Source: an uncultured delta proteobacterium
Lineage (GTDB): Bacteria; Desulfobacterota; WTBG01
Direction of reading: 5' to 3'
Length of the DNA stretch: 64,000 bases
Assembly: GCA_963793865.1 (NCBI GenBank)
Contig: CAWCBP010000004.1
Span: forward strand, 322,127-386,126
Part shown: positions 9,485 to 19,310 of the stretch, piece after piece
Numbering within the stretch: position 1 is the first letter of the stretch
Layout of the letters: the number at the start of each line of letters is the position of its first letter
Position numbers and translations under genes: made by a program
The notes under the pieces: generated by a model
Told to the model about the DNA's origin: nothing
The model's input: only the letters and a program-made list of their open reading frames with translations
Database searches by the model: none

Positions 9485-11161
9485 ATGCGAAACACTACTG
9501 ACACATTCGGATCTTCCGATATGCCAAAAACACGGACGTTTCTGAACTGCTGTGTGCCCCTGTTTGTTCTTGCGCTCGGCCTTGTGCTGTCCGGTTGTTC
9601 GGTCAGCGAAACCTACATGGTTCCCATGAGAGACAAAGTCAAGCTGGCCACCGATGTATACCTGCCGCCCGGCGGCAGGGGCGCCTGGCCGGTGCTCCTG
9701 ATCAGGACACCCTACGGCAGGGAGGAAAGCGAGTCGCTGTTCAGGTTCGCCGACGAGTACGCCATTGTCATACAGGATGTGCGGGGACGCTTTGACTCAG
9801 AGGGTGAGTACCGGCCTTTCCTGGACGATGGCTGGGGAGACAAAAAGGACGGATACGATACGGTGGCCTGGATACGCAGGCAGACCTGGTGCAACGGGAA
9901 GATAGGAACCGCCGGTCAGTCCGCTGAAGGCATTACCCAGCACCTGATGGCAGGAACTGCGCCGCCCGGCCTTACCTGTCAGTTCATCCGCTTTACGCCC
10001 ACAGACAATTACTCGCAGATTGTTTTTCAGGGCGGCGCCTTTAACCAGGCCCAGGTTACCGGCTGGTTGGACCGGCAGGAGGCAAGCTTTTTTCTCGATA
10101 CCTATAAAGCGCACCCCTCCTACGACTCCTTCTGGGATTTGGGAAACGTTGAAATCAGGGCAAACGTGGTCAGGGCGCCGGCGCTGCACGTGGGAGGCTG
10201 GTACGACATGGCACTGAAGGGGGCCATCAATGGATTTCTCACCCGTCAATATGAGGGGGCCAGGGGCGCCCGGGGAAACCAGAGGCTTGTCATCGGCCCC
10301 TGGACCCATTCAGGATACAGTTCAAGGGAGCAGGGAGAGATTACCTTCCCGCCGAGCTCGGTCCTCGATCAGAATGAGTTGTTCAAAAGTTGGATTGACT
10401 ACTGGCTCAAAGGTGAAGATACAGGCATTATGGACCCGGATCCCGTTTACTACTACGTCATGGGCGATGCCCGGGATTATGAGGCGCCGGGCCACGAGTG
10501 GAGGTACGCGGCAACCTGGCCGCCCTTTGATGTGCCCCCGACCGCCTACTACCTGCACCCGGCGGGTGTCCTCTCGCCCGATGCGGCCGCCGCGGGGGCT
10601 TTTTCCTCCTCCTATCGCTTCGACCCCGAAGATCCCGTTCCTTCACAGGGCGGCACAAATCTCGATCTCACCATAGCGGCAGGGCCTTATGACCAGTCGA
10701 ATCTTGAAGGCCGCCCGGATGTGGTGGTCTTTTCAACCGAGATCCTTGAGGCGCCGCTGGAAGTGACCGGTGACCTGAAAGTCGTTTTATATGCTTCATC
10801 CGACGCCCTGGACACCGACTTTACCGCCAAGCTCACTGACGTCTACCCTGAAGGTCAATCCATGCTCATAGCCGACGGCATTATTCGAGCCCGCTATCGC
10901 AACACCTTCACCACCCCCGAGCTTATGACGCCGGGGACCGTGTACCGGTTTGAGATCGATCTCTGGGCCACCAGCATCGTCGTCAACACCGGCCACCGCC
11001 TCCGCCTTGCCGTATCCAGCAGCAACAACCCCCGGTTTGACGTCAATCCCAACACCGGGGGGGACACCTTTGACAAGGAGAACATGATCACCGCCACCAA
11101 CACCATCTACTATAACAGCACCTATCCCTCGCATATCCTGCTGCCGGTTGTTTCCCCGTAA
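9485..11161 (+). CDS. CocE/NonD-family serine hydrolase (lipoprotein)
   Basis: RTPY, QDVRGRFDSEG, GQSAEG nucleophile elbow, GGWYD, IGPWTH, C-terminal PepX_C-like domain; lipobox LSGC. Confidence 0.9.
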   Translation: MRNTTDTFGSSDMPKTRTFLNCCVPLFVLALGLVLSGCSVSETYMVPMRDKVKLATDVYLPPGGRGAWPVLLIRTPYGREESESLFRFADEYAIVIQDVRGRFDSEGEYRPFLDDGWGDKKDGYDTVAWIRRQTWCNGKIGTAGQSAEGITQHLMAGTAPPGLTCQFIRFTPTDNYSQIVFQGGAFNQAQVTGWLDRQEASFFLDTYKAHPSYDSFWDLGNVEIRANVVRAPALHVGGWYDMALKGAINGFLTRQYEGARGARGNQRLVIGPWTHSGYSSREQGEITFPPSSVLDQNELFKSWIDYWLKGEDTGIMDPDPVYYYVMGDARDYEAPGHEWRYAATWPPFDVPPTAYYLHPAGVLSPDAAAAGAFSSSYRFDPEDPVPSQGGTNLDLTIAAGPYDQSNLEGRPDVVVFSTEILEAPLEVTGDLKVVLYASSDALDTDFTAKLTDVYPEGQSMLIADGIIRARYRNTFTTPELMTPGTVYRFEIDLWATSIVVNTGHRLRLAVSSSNNPRFDVNPNTGGDTFDKENMITATNTIYYNSTYPSHILLPVVSP

Positions 11162-11260
11162 ATACTGAAGGGAAATAAACAGGCGCGACCGGTCGGTTGC
11201 ACCTTCATGTGGATACGATGTGGATCCCTGCTTTCGAGGGGATGACAACCAGTCAGGGGG

Positions 11261-11308
11261 AAAAGAAGCATCCCATTCCCGCAACGGGGGATGAGATGCT
11301 TCTTTTTT
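11261..11308. terminator. Bidirectional terminator between convergent genes
   Basis: Hairpin aaaagaagcatc...gatgcttctttt with A and T tracts on both sides. Confidence 0.7.
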
Positions 11309-11361
11309 AATGCTTCGCAGCGCCCTCAGGGGCGCGGGGTTTTATTCGTATTCCTCTGATC

Positions 11362-13731
11362 TCACACCGCTATAAGCCGGTCCTTTACCATTATCCCTTC
11401 CTTGACCAGATTAAGAACCTGGTCCACCTGGAACGGCTTGTGAACGACAAGGTTTACGCCGCTGCTGTGCATGGCTGCATCGTCCAGCACCACATTCCAT
11501 CCGGTGACGAGGGCAATGGGAACACATTTGTTCATCTGCCTGATCTTCCCCGCCACCTCCCAGCCGGACATCACCGGCATGCCAAGGTCGGTAAGGACAA
11601 GGTCATAGGCTTGCTTTTCAAACATCTCTATGCCTTCGCAGCCATTGTGGGCCATTTCCACATCATGGCCGGCATCGCTGAGAATGTCACGCAGCAGCTC
11701 GCGCACATCCGCCTCGTCATCGATCACCAGAATCCTGGCTTTTTTATGCCTGCCCTGCATGGGTATAACTTTTTCCCGGAGATCTTCTTTCGTATCTGCT
11801 TTCCCGGAGATCGGCAGCTTGATGGTAAAGACAGTTCCTTTACCCTCCAAACTTTCAGCGGTAATAGTGCCATGATGCCGGTTGATGATTCCGTAGGACA
11901 CACTCAATCCCAGCCCGGTGGATTGAGGACCTTTGGTGGTAAAGAAGGGGTCAAAAATTCTGCCTTTTATGCTGAGGGGAATACCGCCCCCGGTATCCTC
12001 AATGGTGATTTCCGCCCACTCAGTATTCATGCAGGATTGTACCCTTATTTCACCGCCCCGGGGCAGGGCATCAACGGCGTTGTTTATCAGATTGGTAAAC
12101 ACCTCCCTGAGCTCCGAGGCGCTTCCCATGATGGGGGGAAGGCTGGAAAGCGCTTTGCTAATCTCGATTTTTATCCCCCGGGACTGGACCTCGTCCGCCC
12201 ACTTGACCTTGGTAAATTCCAGAGCGTTTTCTATCAGTTCATTGATATCAACCTGCACAAAATCCTTTTGATCGCTTCTCCGTCTGCAGAACTCCTGGAT
12301 TCGCCTGACTGTCTCCGCGCCATCCAGTGAAGCCCGCTCAATTATTTCAAGGCCTTTCTCCAGATCAATCGCCGAGCCCCTTTTTTCCGTCTTCCCCATG
12401 GGTGGGGCGAGCTGCTTTCGCAGCAACTGGACCCGTCCCAGAATGGCGGCGAGAATATTATTGAAGTCGTGCGCGACCCCTCCCGCCAGCTCGCCCAGTG
12501 ATTTAAGCTTTTCCGACTGGAGAAGCTGCTGCTCCATCTTCTTTTTTTCCGTGACATCCCGGATGAAATTAACCCCTCCCACAATGGTGCTGTCTTTGTC
12601 TTTGAGAAGGGAGAGGTTAAACTCGACAAATATCTGCTGCCCGTCTTTTTTCAGCCAGACGGATTCCTGCCCGTAGATTTTTCCCTCTTCGAAAAGCAGT
12701 TCCATAATTTTAAGCGCCTGGGATCTGCTGCCATCGTCCCGGAGGGTAAACACGCCGGTATGCATTCCAAGCAGCTCTTCCCGCGTATAGCCCACCATCT
12801 CTTCCATGGCACCATTGACCATGGTGATGTTCCCCTTCGCATCGGTGACCATGATCGCGTCGGTCGAGGTTTGGAAGAGATTTTCCAGGAATTCCTTGGC
12901 CTCCCTGATTTCATTCTCCCGCTTCTTCCGTTCGGTAAGGTCCCTGATCACCCCGATGACCGTTTTGTTTTTCTTTCCGGTGAGCGAAAAGGAGATCTCG
13001 AGCGGAAAAAACGTGCCGTCCTTCCTGATCCCTTCTTCCTCAAACATGGAGGTCTTTGACCTGCCGTACTTCGCCACCTCGTCGAGCACCTCGTAATGTT
13101 TCGCCCAGTACTGCTCGGGGGTGAGCAGGCGGGGTGACTGGCCGATCAGCTCGTCTTTTTCATACCCGTACAGTTCTTCTGCCCTCCGGTTGATATCGGT
13201 GATCACATCTCCCTCAGCGACGATAATCCCCGCGTTGGCAAACTCAATAAGGTCGTGATAGCGCTCCTCCGACTTCAGTAGCTTCGACTCAACCTCCGCC
13301 AGTCGCTCCGCTACCTCCAGCTGCTCCACCACCCGCTTGACCACGGCTGGCAATACCGCGAGAAATTCCGCATCCTTCACCACAAAGTCACGCGCGCCGA
13401 GCTTCATCATTTCCACGGCCACTTTCACGTCAGCATGGCCGGTCATGATGATGAAGGGTATGCTGTGCTGCCGATCGGCGAGGATTTCAATCACCCGCCG
13501 GCCAGACATGTCGGGCAGGCTATAGTCCAGCAGCATCAGCGCGTTGCGATTGGCGGCAACAAAGGCCAGGGCCGCCTCCCCGCTCGACGCAGCTTCCGTG
13601 TGATAGCCCTCGCGGCGGAGGTTTTTCTGGAGCAGGTGCGACAAGCCCTCCTCATCCTCCACCACAAAAATCACCCGGTGTGTGCCGGTCTGATGCTTCC
13701 CCGTATCATCAGCGTGCTTCTGTTCTTCCAT
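11362..13731 (-). CDS. Hybrid histidine kinase REC-PAS-PAS-HisKA-HATPase-REC
   Basis: N-terminal receiver (LLDYSLP), two PAS domains, GVAHDFNNIL H-box, PFFTTK, GLGLS, C-terminal receiver (TDLGMP). Confidence 0.9.
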   Translation of the reverse strand: MEEQKHADDTGKHQTGTHRVIFVVEDEEGLSHLLQKNLRREGYHTEAASSGEAALAFVAANRNALMLLDYSLPDMSGRRVIEILADRQHSIPFIIMTGHADVKVAVEMMKLGARDFVVKDAEFLAVLPAVVKRVVEQLEVAERLAEVESKLLKSEERYHDLIEFANAGIIVAEGDVITDINRRAEELYGYEKDELIGQSPRLLTPEQYWAKHYEVLDEVAKYGRSKTSMFEEEGIRKDGTFFPLEISFSLTGKKNKTVIGVIRDLTERKKRENEIREAKEFLENLFQTSTDAIMVTDAKGNITMVNGAMEEMVGYTREELLGMHTGVFTLRDDGSRSQALKIMELLFEEGKIYGQESVWLKKDGQQIFVEFNLSLLKDKDSTIVGGVNFIRDVTEKKKMEQQLLQSEKLKSLGELAGGVAHDFNNILAAILGRVQLLRKQLAPPMGKTEKRGSAIDLEKGLEIIERASLDGAETVRRIQEFCRRRSDQKDFVQVDINELIENALEFTKVKWADEVQSRGIKIEISKALSSLPPIMGSASELREVFTNLINNAVDALPRGGEIRVQSCMNTEWAEITIEDTGGGIPLSIKGRIFDPFFTTKGPQSTGLGLSVSYGIINRHHGTITAESLEGKGTVFTIKLPISGKADTKEDLREKVIPMQGRHKKARILVIDDEADVRELLRDILSDAGHDVEMAHNGCEGIEMFEKQAYDLVLTDLGMPVMSGWEVAGKIRQMNKCVPIALVTGWNVVLDDAAMHSSGVNLVVHKPFQVDQVLNLVKEGIMVKDRLIAV

Positions 13732-13741
13732 GGCCTGCTTC

Positions 13742-14182
13742 TTAATTGAGTTGCGGTACTTCCACGACCATCAGAAAGAGTCCGAGCTGCCGAATGGATT
13801 CAACAAATTTTTCATAATCAATGGGCTTGGTAATGTAATTGCTGCAGCCCAAGGTGTGGCAATTTTCCACCTCGCGCGGGTCGTCGGTGGTGGTGATCAT
13901 GATCACCGGCATCTTGCGCAGTTCTTCGTGCCCCTTTACCTGGCGCAGCACCTCGACCCCGTCAACCTTGGGCATGCGAATGTCCAGCAGCAGCATGTAG
14001 GCGACGTTTGGTTTGCGGTGCGGCCCTCCGCCGTTGCTCCCCACCAGGAAGTCGAGCGCCTCCGCTCCGTCCTTGAAGTGCACAATCTCATTTGAAATGC
14101 CCGCGCGCTTGAGGTTTTTCTTGATCAGCGCCGCATGCCCTTCATCATCCTCGGCGATCAGTATGACCACTTCTTTTTTCAT
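13742..14182 (-). CDS. Single-domain response regulator (Rcp1-like)
   Basis: AEDDEGH, LLDIRMPKVDG, YITKP. Confidence 0.9.
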   Translation of the reverse strand: MKKEVVILIAEDDEGHAALIKKNLKRAGISNEIVHFKDGAEALDFLVGSNGGGPHRKPNVAYMLLLDIRMPKVDGVEVLRQVKGHEELRKMPVIMITTTDDPREVENCHTLGCSNYITKPIDYEKFVESIRQLGLFLMVVEVPQLN

Positions 14183-14206
14183 CGTCGTATGCTCCTTAAA
14201 GAATTG

Positions 14207-15889
14207 CTAATTGGCCGGCAGGGACACAAAAAAAGTGCTCCCCTTGCCCTGTTCGGATTTGACCCATATTTTACCGGTATGCCGGTCGAGTATCCTGCGG
14301 GTGATGGCAAGACCCAGCCCTTCACCCTGGGTGGCTTTCGGGTCAAGACGATGGAACAGTTCATATATTTTGTCCTGATGCTCGGGGGCGATGCCGATGC
14401 CATCGTCTTCCACGTAATACACCGCGTTCCCGTTCTCCCTGCCGCCGCCTATGGCGATGACGCCTGCCTGGCTGGGCTTGCGATATTTCAAGGCGTTGTC
14501 GATAAGGTTGGAAAAGACCTGATTAATCTGTGTTTCATCCCCAAGACAGGGGGGCAGCGGTTCAACCGTGAGGGTCACCCCGGCCTCCTTGGCCTGGTAT
14601 TCAAAGGACTTGGTAATGTCGCCCACAATCCTGTCCATGTCGAGCGATTTGATATTGAGAGCCGCCCGCCCCAGGCGCGCCAGCCGCAGCAGGCCGGCAA
14701 GCAGGGAGTCCATCTTGGCAATGCTGGTGAGAATATAATGAATGGCCTCCGGGATGTCCTCGTCCAGGGTGGGGGCAATCATCTCCTTCACCCGCGGGGA
14801 GACATCTTCACTGTGGAATAAAATCGACTGTACATACTTGAAGGCGTGCTCCAGTTCCTTGCTGAAACCCTGAACATTCACCAGAGGCGAACGCAGATCA
14901 TGCGACGCAATATACACCAGCTGCTCCAGCTCCTTGTTCTTGTCCTGCAGCTCATCAAGCAGCCGGATGCGCTCCTCCTCCGCCTTCCGCCGCTCGGAAA
15001 CGTCCCGTACCACCGCGATGATCATGTTCTCCTTTTCAACCTCGAGGGTAAAGGAAATTTCGATGGGAACAAGGGAACCGTCTTTTCTTAAACCCTCCTC
15101 CTCAAAAATCATTTTATCCGCCCGGCCGGTGGTTAAAATATCAAGCAGGATTTTTCTGTGCTGTTCCTTGTGTTTTTCAGGAGACAAAATGCTCGGGGGT
15201 TTGCCGATGAGTTCATCTTTGGAATAACCGTAAATCTCTTCGGCGGTCCGGTTCACCTGGGTTATGATGTCATTTTCGGCAACAATAATGCCCGCGCTCG
15301 CCAGCTCGATGAGAGTATGATATTTCTCTTCCGACTTTTTTAAAAATGCGATCCCTTTTTTTCTTTCAGTGATGTCCCTGACGATACCCACGGATCCGGT
15401 TATTTCTCCGCTCTCATGGTATAAAAAAGTCAGGTTCATCTCGACAGGAACGACTTTACCGTCCTTGCGGAGATAATAGGTCTCCCAATTGCTGGCTTTG
15501 CCTTCTTTGAGTAATTTCTCATGCGTCGCTTTTCTCGCATCATTAAAAAATTCCTCGTCAACGGTAACCGTATCCCCTGTGGTGGATTTGTAAACCCCCT
15601 TCTCGGTTATCGAAAGCTCCATCACATGTTTCCCGTACACCTCTTCAGGCTGATAGCCGATCATTTGTAAAAACGACCTGTTCACCCTGACGATATTTCC
15701 CGTGCTGTCTCCCACAACGATGCCGTCCAGAGAACTCTCTATGATGTTGTCCAGATGATTTTTTGTTTCTATGAGCTTTCCTTCGCCCTGTTTCAGGCTT
15801 ATTCCCTTTTCTTCCAGCTCGGAGTTCTTGTGGCGAAGTTCCCGCAGTTCGCTCAGGAGCTGTTTTTTGGTCTTATCTTCATCTCTCAT
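14207..15889 (-). CDS. PAS-PAS sensor histidine kinase (soluble)
   Basis: Two PAS domains, ASHDLRSPL H-box, NLIDNALKY, DDGIGI, GLGLA. Start chosen at MRDEDKTK. Confidence 0.9.
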   Translation of the reverse strand: MRDEDKTKKQLLSELRELRHKNSELEEKGISLKQGEGKLIETKNHLDNIIESSLDGIVVGDSTGNIVRVNRSFLQMIGYQPEEVYGKHVMELSITEKGVYKSTTGDTVTVDEEFFNDARKATHEKLLKEGKASNWETYYLRKDGKVVPVEMNLTFLYHESGEITGSVGIVRDITERKKGIAFLKKSEEKYHTLIELASAGIIVAENDIITQVNRTAEEIYGYSKDELIGKPPSILSPEKHKEQHRKILLDILTTGRADKMIFEEEGLRKDGSLVPIEISFTLEVEKENMIIAVVRDVSERRKAEEERIRLLDELQDKNKELEQLVYIASHDLRSPLVNVQGFSKELEHAFKYVQSILFHSEDVSPRVKEMIAPTLDEDIPEAIHYILTSIAKMDSLLAGLLRLARLGRAALNIKSLDMDRIVGDITKSFEYQAKEAGVTLTVEPLPPCLGDETQINQVFSNLIDNALKYRKPSQAGVIAIGGGRENGNAVYYVEDDGIGIAPEHQDKIYELFHRLDPKATQGEGLGLAITRRILDRHTGKIWVKSEQGKGSTFFVSLPAN

Positions 15890-16120
15890 ATCAGTCACCT
15901 GGGTATCAAGGGGGTGAAGCGTCTTGCGTACGTGCATTGTATTTGCATTAGTTCGGAATTGTTCAAAAAAACTTAAGCAAAAACCTCCCTGATTGAGCGT
16001 GAGAGGTTTTGAATCTTGCCTGAAGATGAACAGAGTATCCGCGCGGCGGTCTTTTGCTGTGAAAGGGGTTTTGCTTGCGGAGAAAAGAGTTGCGCGGATT
16101 GGCCTGCCGACGGAGGGTGA

Positions 16121-16156
16121 AAAAAATAAAGGCAGGAGCTGTTTTGACCCCTGCCC
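16121..16156 (-). terminator. Rho-independent terminator
   Basis: Minus strand reads ggcaggggt-caaaaca-gctcctgcc-tttattttt. Confidence 0.55.
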
Positions 16157-16336
16157 GGGAACGACGCTGTTTTATCTGATTATTCAGCTACTTGTAAAGC
16201 CCTGGGGCATCAGTATATCCGGCCGTATAAACAATAATCAGGCTTTACCCGGCCTCGCGAGGCGCAGAGATCTTCGTTATACTGATCTGCCAGGGCGATG
16301 TTGATCGCGCACAGATCGATACAGGCATCACAACCG

Positions 16337-16996
16337 TCACAGAATACTGATGATGACCGTGTCGGACGCATTATTGCAGGTATCGGTTGCCGTTATCGCG
16401 TACCCCCCAAGATTATCAGGATCCTCGCAGCAGTAATCACCAATCAAAAGCCTCCAGGTACAATCGTCGATCTTATCAATGGAGAGCCAGGACGCGGGGG
16501 GTGAAATCGTCCACACCAGGCACGATGGATCAAATGAAGAGCAGTCGGAACAGAGCGTAAAGTCGATGATATCGTTGCAGGTGTATGGTTCGGTCCTTCT
16601 TCCCGGCCTGCCATAGACGATTTCGATATCGCAGGTTGTGGTTGTCGAGCTTGTCGTGGTGTAGGTGCACCCCTCCCCCTCCATGCACGCGGAACAGGGA
16701 TTCTTAAACGGGCTGCGGCCGAAGTCGGATTTGAAGAGGGCGCCGTCGGTGCCGTCAACGCAGCCGTCACACAGGAAGTCTCCATTGCAGGGATTTTCGT
16801 TGGTGCAGGGATTCAAAATGATGCTTCTCCCGAAGTCAGACTTGAAGGCCGAGGCGTCTGCGCCATCCTGATCCCCATCACAATCGAAGTCGCCCTCACA
16901 GTAGCTGATGGAGGTCGTCGTGGATGTTTGAGCCAGTACCGGGGCAACTGAAAACATAATAAAAAAGGCAATCACTGCTGCTCGTTTCTTAACCAT
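16337..16996 (-). CDS. Secreted Cys-rich protein with duplicated dockerin/EF-hand-like Ca-binding repeat
   Basis: Signal peptide, two copies of C.GDF.CDG..DG.D...FKSDFGRS...NPC, Thr-rich linkers. Confidence 0.75.
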   Translation of the reverse strand: MVKKRAAVIAFFIMFSVAPVLAQTSTTTSISYCEGDFDCDGDQDGADASAFKSDFGRSIILNPCTNENPCNGDFLCDGCVDGTDGALFKSDFGRSPFKNPCSACMEGEGCTYTTTSSTTTTCDIEIVYGRPGRRTEPYTCNDIIDFTLCSDCSSFDPSCLVWTISPPASWLSIDKIDDCTWRLLIGDYCCEDPDNLGGYAITATDTCNNASDTVIISIL

Positions 16997-17340
16997 GGCA
17001 GCCCTCCTTTTTATTCAAATGTACCTGAAATGATCATAAATAGCAAACCCACCCTCTCAGACCTCATAGATCTGATGCAAGTGGGAATCTGTCTGCCGCC
17101 AACCTTCATTTCTCTGCTCCTGCAGTTTAACGCCTCATGCATTGTATATAATCAAATCACAGCCCATTCGTAAAAGCAAGGATATTCTTGCAGCGCTTGT
17201 TCTGCCATCCTGTAAAAGGAGCGGTGCCTGTATCCATCGGCAATGACCCCTTGACATAAACACTGAAACGTATTAAGAGAAACGATACAAGTCTCCATGC
17301 TTTTTGTCATAGGCACGGAAAAGCTTAATGAAATCAATGT

Positions 17341-17419
<79 letters not shown>

Positions 17420-17440
17420 ATAAATTCGAAGTAACATCCC

Positions 17441-18523
17441 ATGGAAAAGCATCAGGTTGTCATTGTCGGCGCCGGCCCTGCCGGCGCGTCGTGCGCAAAG
17501 GCCTTGCATGACGCGGGGGTTGAGGCGCTGATTATCGAAGTAGAATCGCTGCCGCGACATAAAACATGTTCGGGCGTTCTGTTCGGGCAGACCCAGGAAC
17601 TGCTGCTTAAGCTCTTCGGCTCGCTGCCGCCGGAGGAAATCTACTGCGAGCCGAAGACCATCCAGGCCTCGCAGATTATTGAGTGGAAAGGCGGACAGGA
17701 CTTTATCCAGTATTTCTGGGAGATACCCAAAAGCGGCCATGCGTTTCCCCAGACATATTACAACATACATCGCGACAAATTTGACCACTGGATGGTGAAA
17801 CAATGCGGAGCCGCGGTCAGGGAAAACTGTTTGTTTCGGGGATGTGCGGCTGAAGGGGAGCAGGTCAGGGTTGACGTATTTCTGCGCGACCCTGAGATAC
17901 TGGAACCCGGCGGGAAGGGTGAGCCGAACCGGATGATACAATGTGATTACCTGGTCGGAGCCGATGGCAGCGCCTCGTCAGTGCGCAGGGCGCTGACGCC
18001 GGACGTTTGGGCCGCAACGCCCGCAGTGGTCATCTATCAGGAGTATTGTCCGATTGAGGATACGGGCACCCTGCGCGAGGGGTGCTGGCATGTTTTTTTT
18101 GAAAAAAGCGTCGGGGAAATGCTCTCCTGCGTGCACCGCAAGAATGACTGTCTTGTGCTCTGCGTCGGATCCTTCAACGGCCGTACCCTGCGCTCAGGCA
18201 TGGAGACCTTCAAGGAGTTTCTCCGGGACAACTTCAAGGTATCAGTCAAGAAGCACGAGCATGTGGAGGGGTGCATCATAAAGATGTGGCCCCCGGACCT
18301 GGGCCGCGGCAGGGTGCTGCTGACCGGCCAGGCGGGCGGGTTTATATACCTCAACGATGAGGGCATCAGCGCCGCCATGGATTCAGGCTACCGGTGCGGC
18401 ACGGCGATAGCACGCGCACTGCGCGACGGGGGTGATGCTCTGGAAATGTACCGCGCCGCTACGGGCGACATCACGGCCCACATGGAAGACTGCGCACGAC
18501 AGACGCATTTTCTGGTGGAATGA
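17441..18523 (+). CDS. FAD-dependent oxidoreductase, geranylgeranyl-reductase-like
   Basis: GAGPAG, PRHKTCSG, GADG..S.VRR, G(Q)AGG...EGISAAMDSG. Confidence 0.85.
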   Translation: MEKHQVVIVGAGPAGASCAKALHDAGVEALIIEVESLPRHKTCSGVLFGQTQELLLKLFGSLPPEEIYCEPKTIQASQIIEWKGGQDFIQYFWEIPKSGHAFPQTYYNIHRDKFDHWMVKQCGAAVRENCLFRGCAAEGEQVRVDVFLRDPEILEPGGKGEPNRMIQCDYLVGADGSASSVRRALTPDVWAATPAVVIYQEYCPIEDTGTLREGCWHVFFEKSVGEMLSCVHRKNDCLVLCVGSFNGRTLRSGMETFKEFLRDNFKVSVKKHEHVEGCIIKMWPPDLGRGRVLLTGQAGGFIYLNDEGISAAMDSGYRCGTAIARALRDGGDALEMYRAATGDITAHMEDCARQTHFLVE

Positions 18524-18616
18524 TCTCAGGCAAGACAGGTTAGACAATAGTGTGACGCAGCGTTGTCCCGAGCACCTGTCTTCTGATTGACATCCAACAA
18601 CAAAACCCCGCTCCCT

Positions 18617-19069
18617 TCATTTCCCCGCTTTTTGCGCAAGCTCTTTGCCGAGGGCACGACCCTTCTCTGCAGCTTCACCGGCATCGGCAGGTTTTCTCTC
18701 CACCGTCTCGCCTACCAGCGTAAAGAATCGACCGCCGAATTTCTCAAGACTCTGTTTGACCGTTCCGCCGCCGCCATGTGAATAAAAGAGCGCGGCGGGT
18801 TTTCCGGTAACCGCCTGTCCCGCCTTGTCCCAGATGTACATGTCATCGAAAAATGTTTTGATGGTTCCGGCCACGTAACCATAATAATCGGGTGATCCTA
18901 CGGCAACCGCATCGGCATGCAGCAGATCATCAAGTGTCACCCGGCGCTCATTGGTATTCATCAACACAACATTTGCCCCGGCCGTGCGGGCGCCTTCGGC
19001 CAGCGCCTCCGCAACATCCCTGGTGTTGCCCCTCTGCTGGCTGTGGTAGATGACGAGTATTTTTCCCAT
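18617..19069 (-). CDS. Flavodoxin/WrbA-like protein
   Basis: YHSQQRGNT, VGSPDYYG, KTFFD, GKPAALF. Confidence 0.85.
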   Translation of the reverse strand: MGKILVIYHSQQRGNTRDVAEALAEGARTAGANVVLMNTNERRVTLDDLLHADAVAVGSPDYYGYVAGTIKTFFDDMYIWDKAGQAVTGKPAALFYSHGGGGTVKQSLEKFGGRFFTLVGETVERKPADAGEAAEKGRALGKELAQKAGK

Positions 19070-19220
19070 ATGCTTCTCCTTTCCGTTCCGGACAGAAACT
19101 GTGTTCGCACAGTTATCGATGGAATTGCTGTGTGGCACGCTGCAAGAACCATGGCCTCTTTACCGGTGGTCACTATATGAAAACATCCAGGGTGAGTCAA
19201 TACCATAATCCATTTTTTTA

Positions 19221-19249
19221 TTGACAGGCGAAGGAGGCGTTTCTATACT
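19221..19249 (+). promoter_or_regulatory. Sigma70-type promoter
   Basis: TTGACA-17 nt-TATACT upstream of the 19311 gene. Confidence 0.7.
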
Positions 19250-19310
19250 GCAGGCGATGTAAAATGGTTTGATAATGAAACTATCTAACCTGAAGCGGAA
19301 AGGGCGGCGT

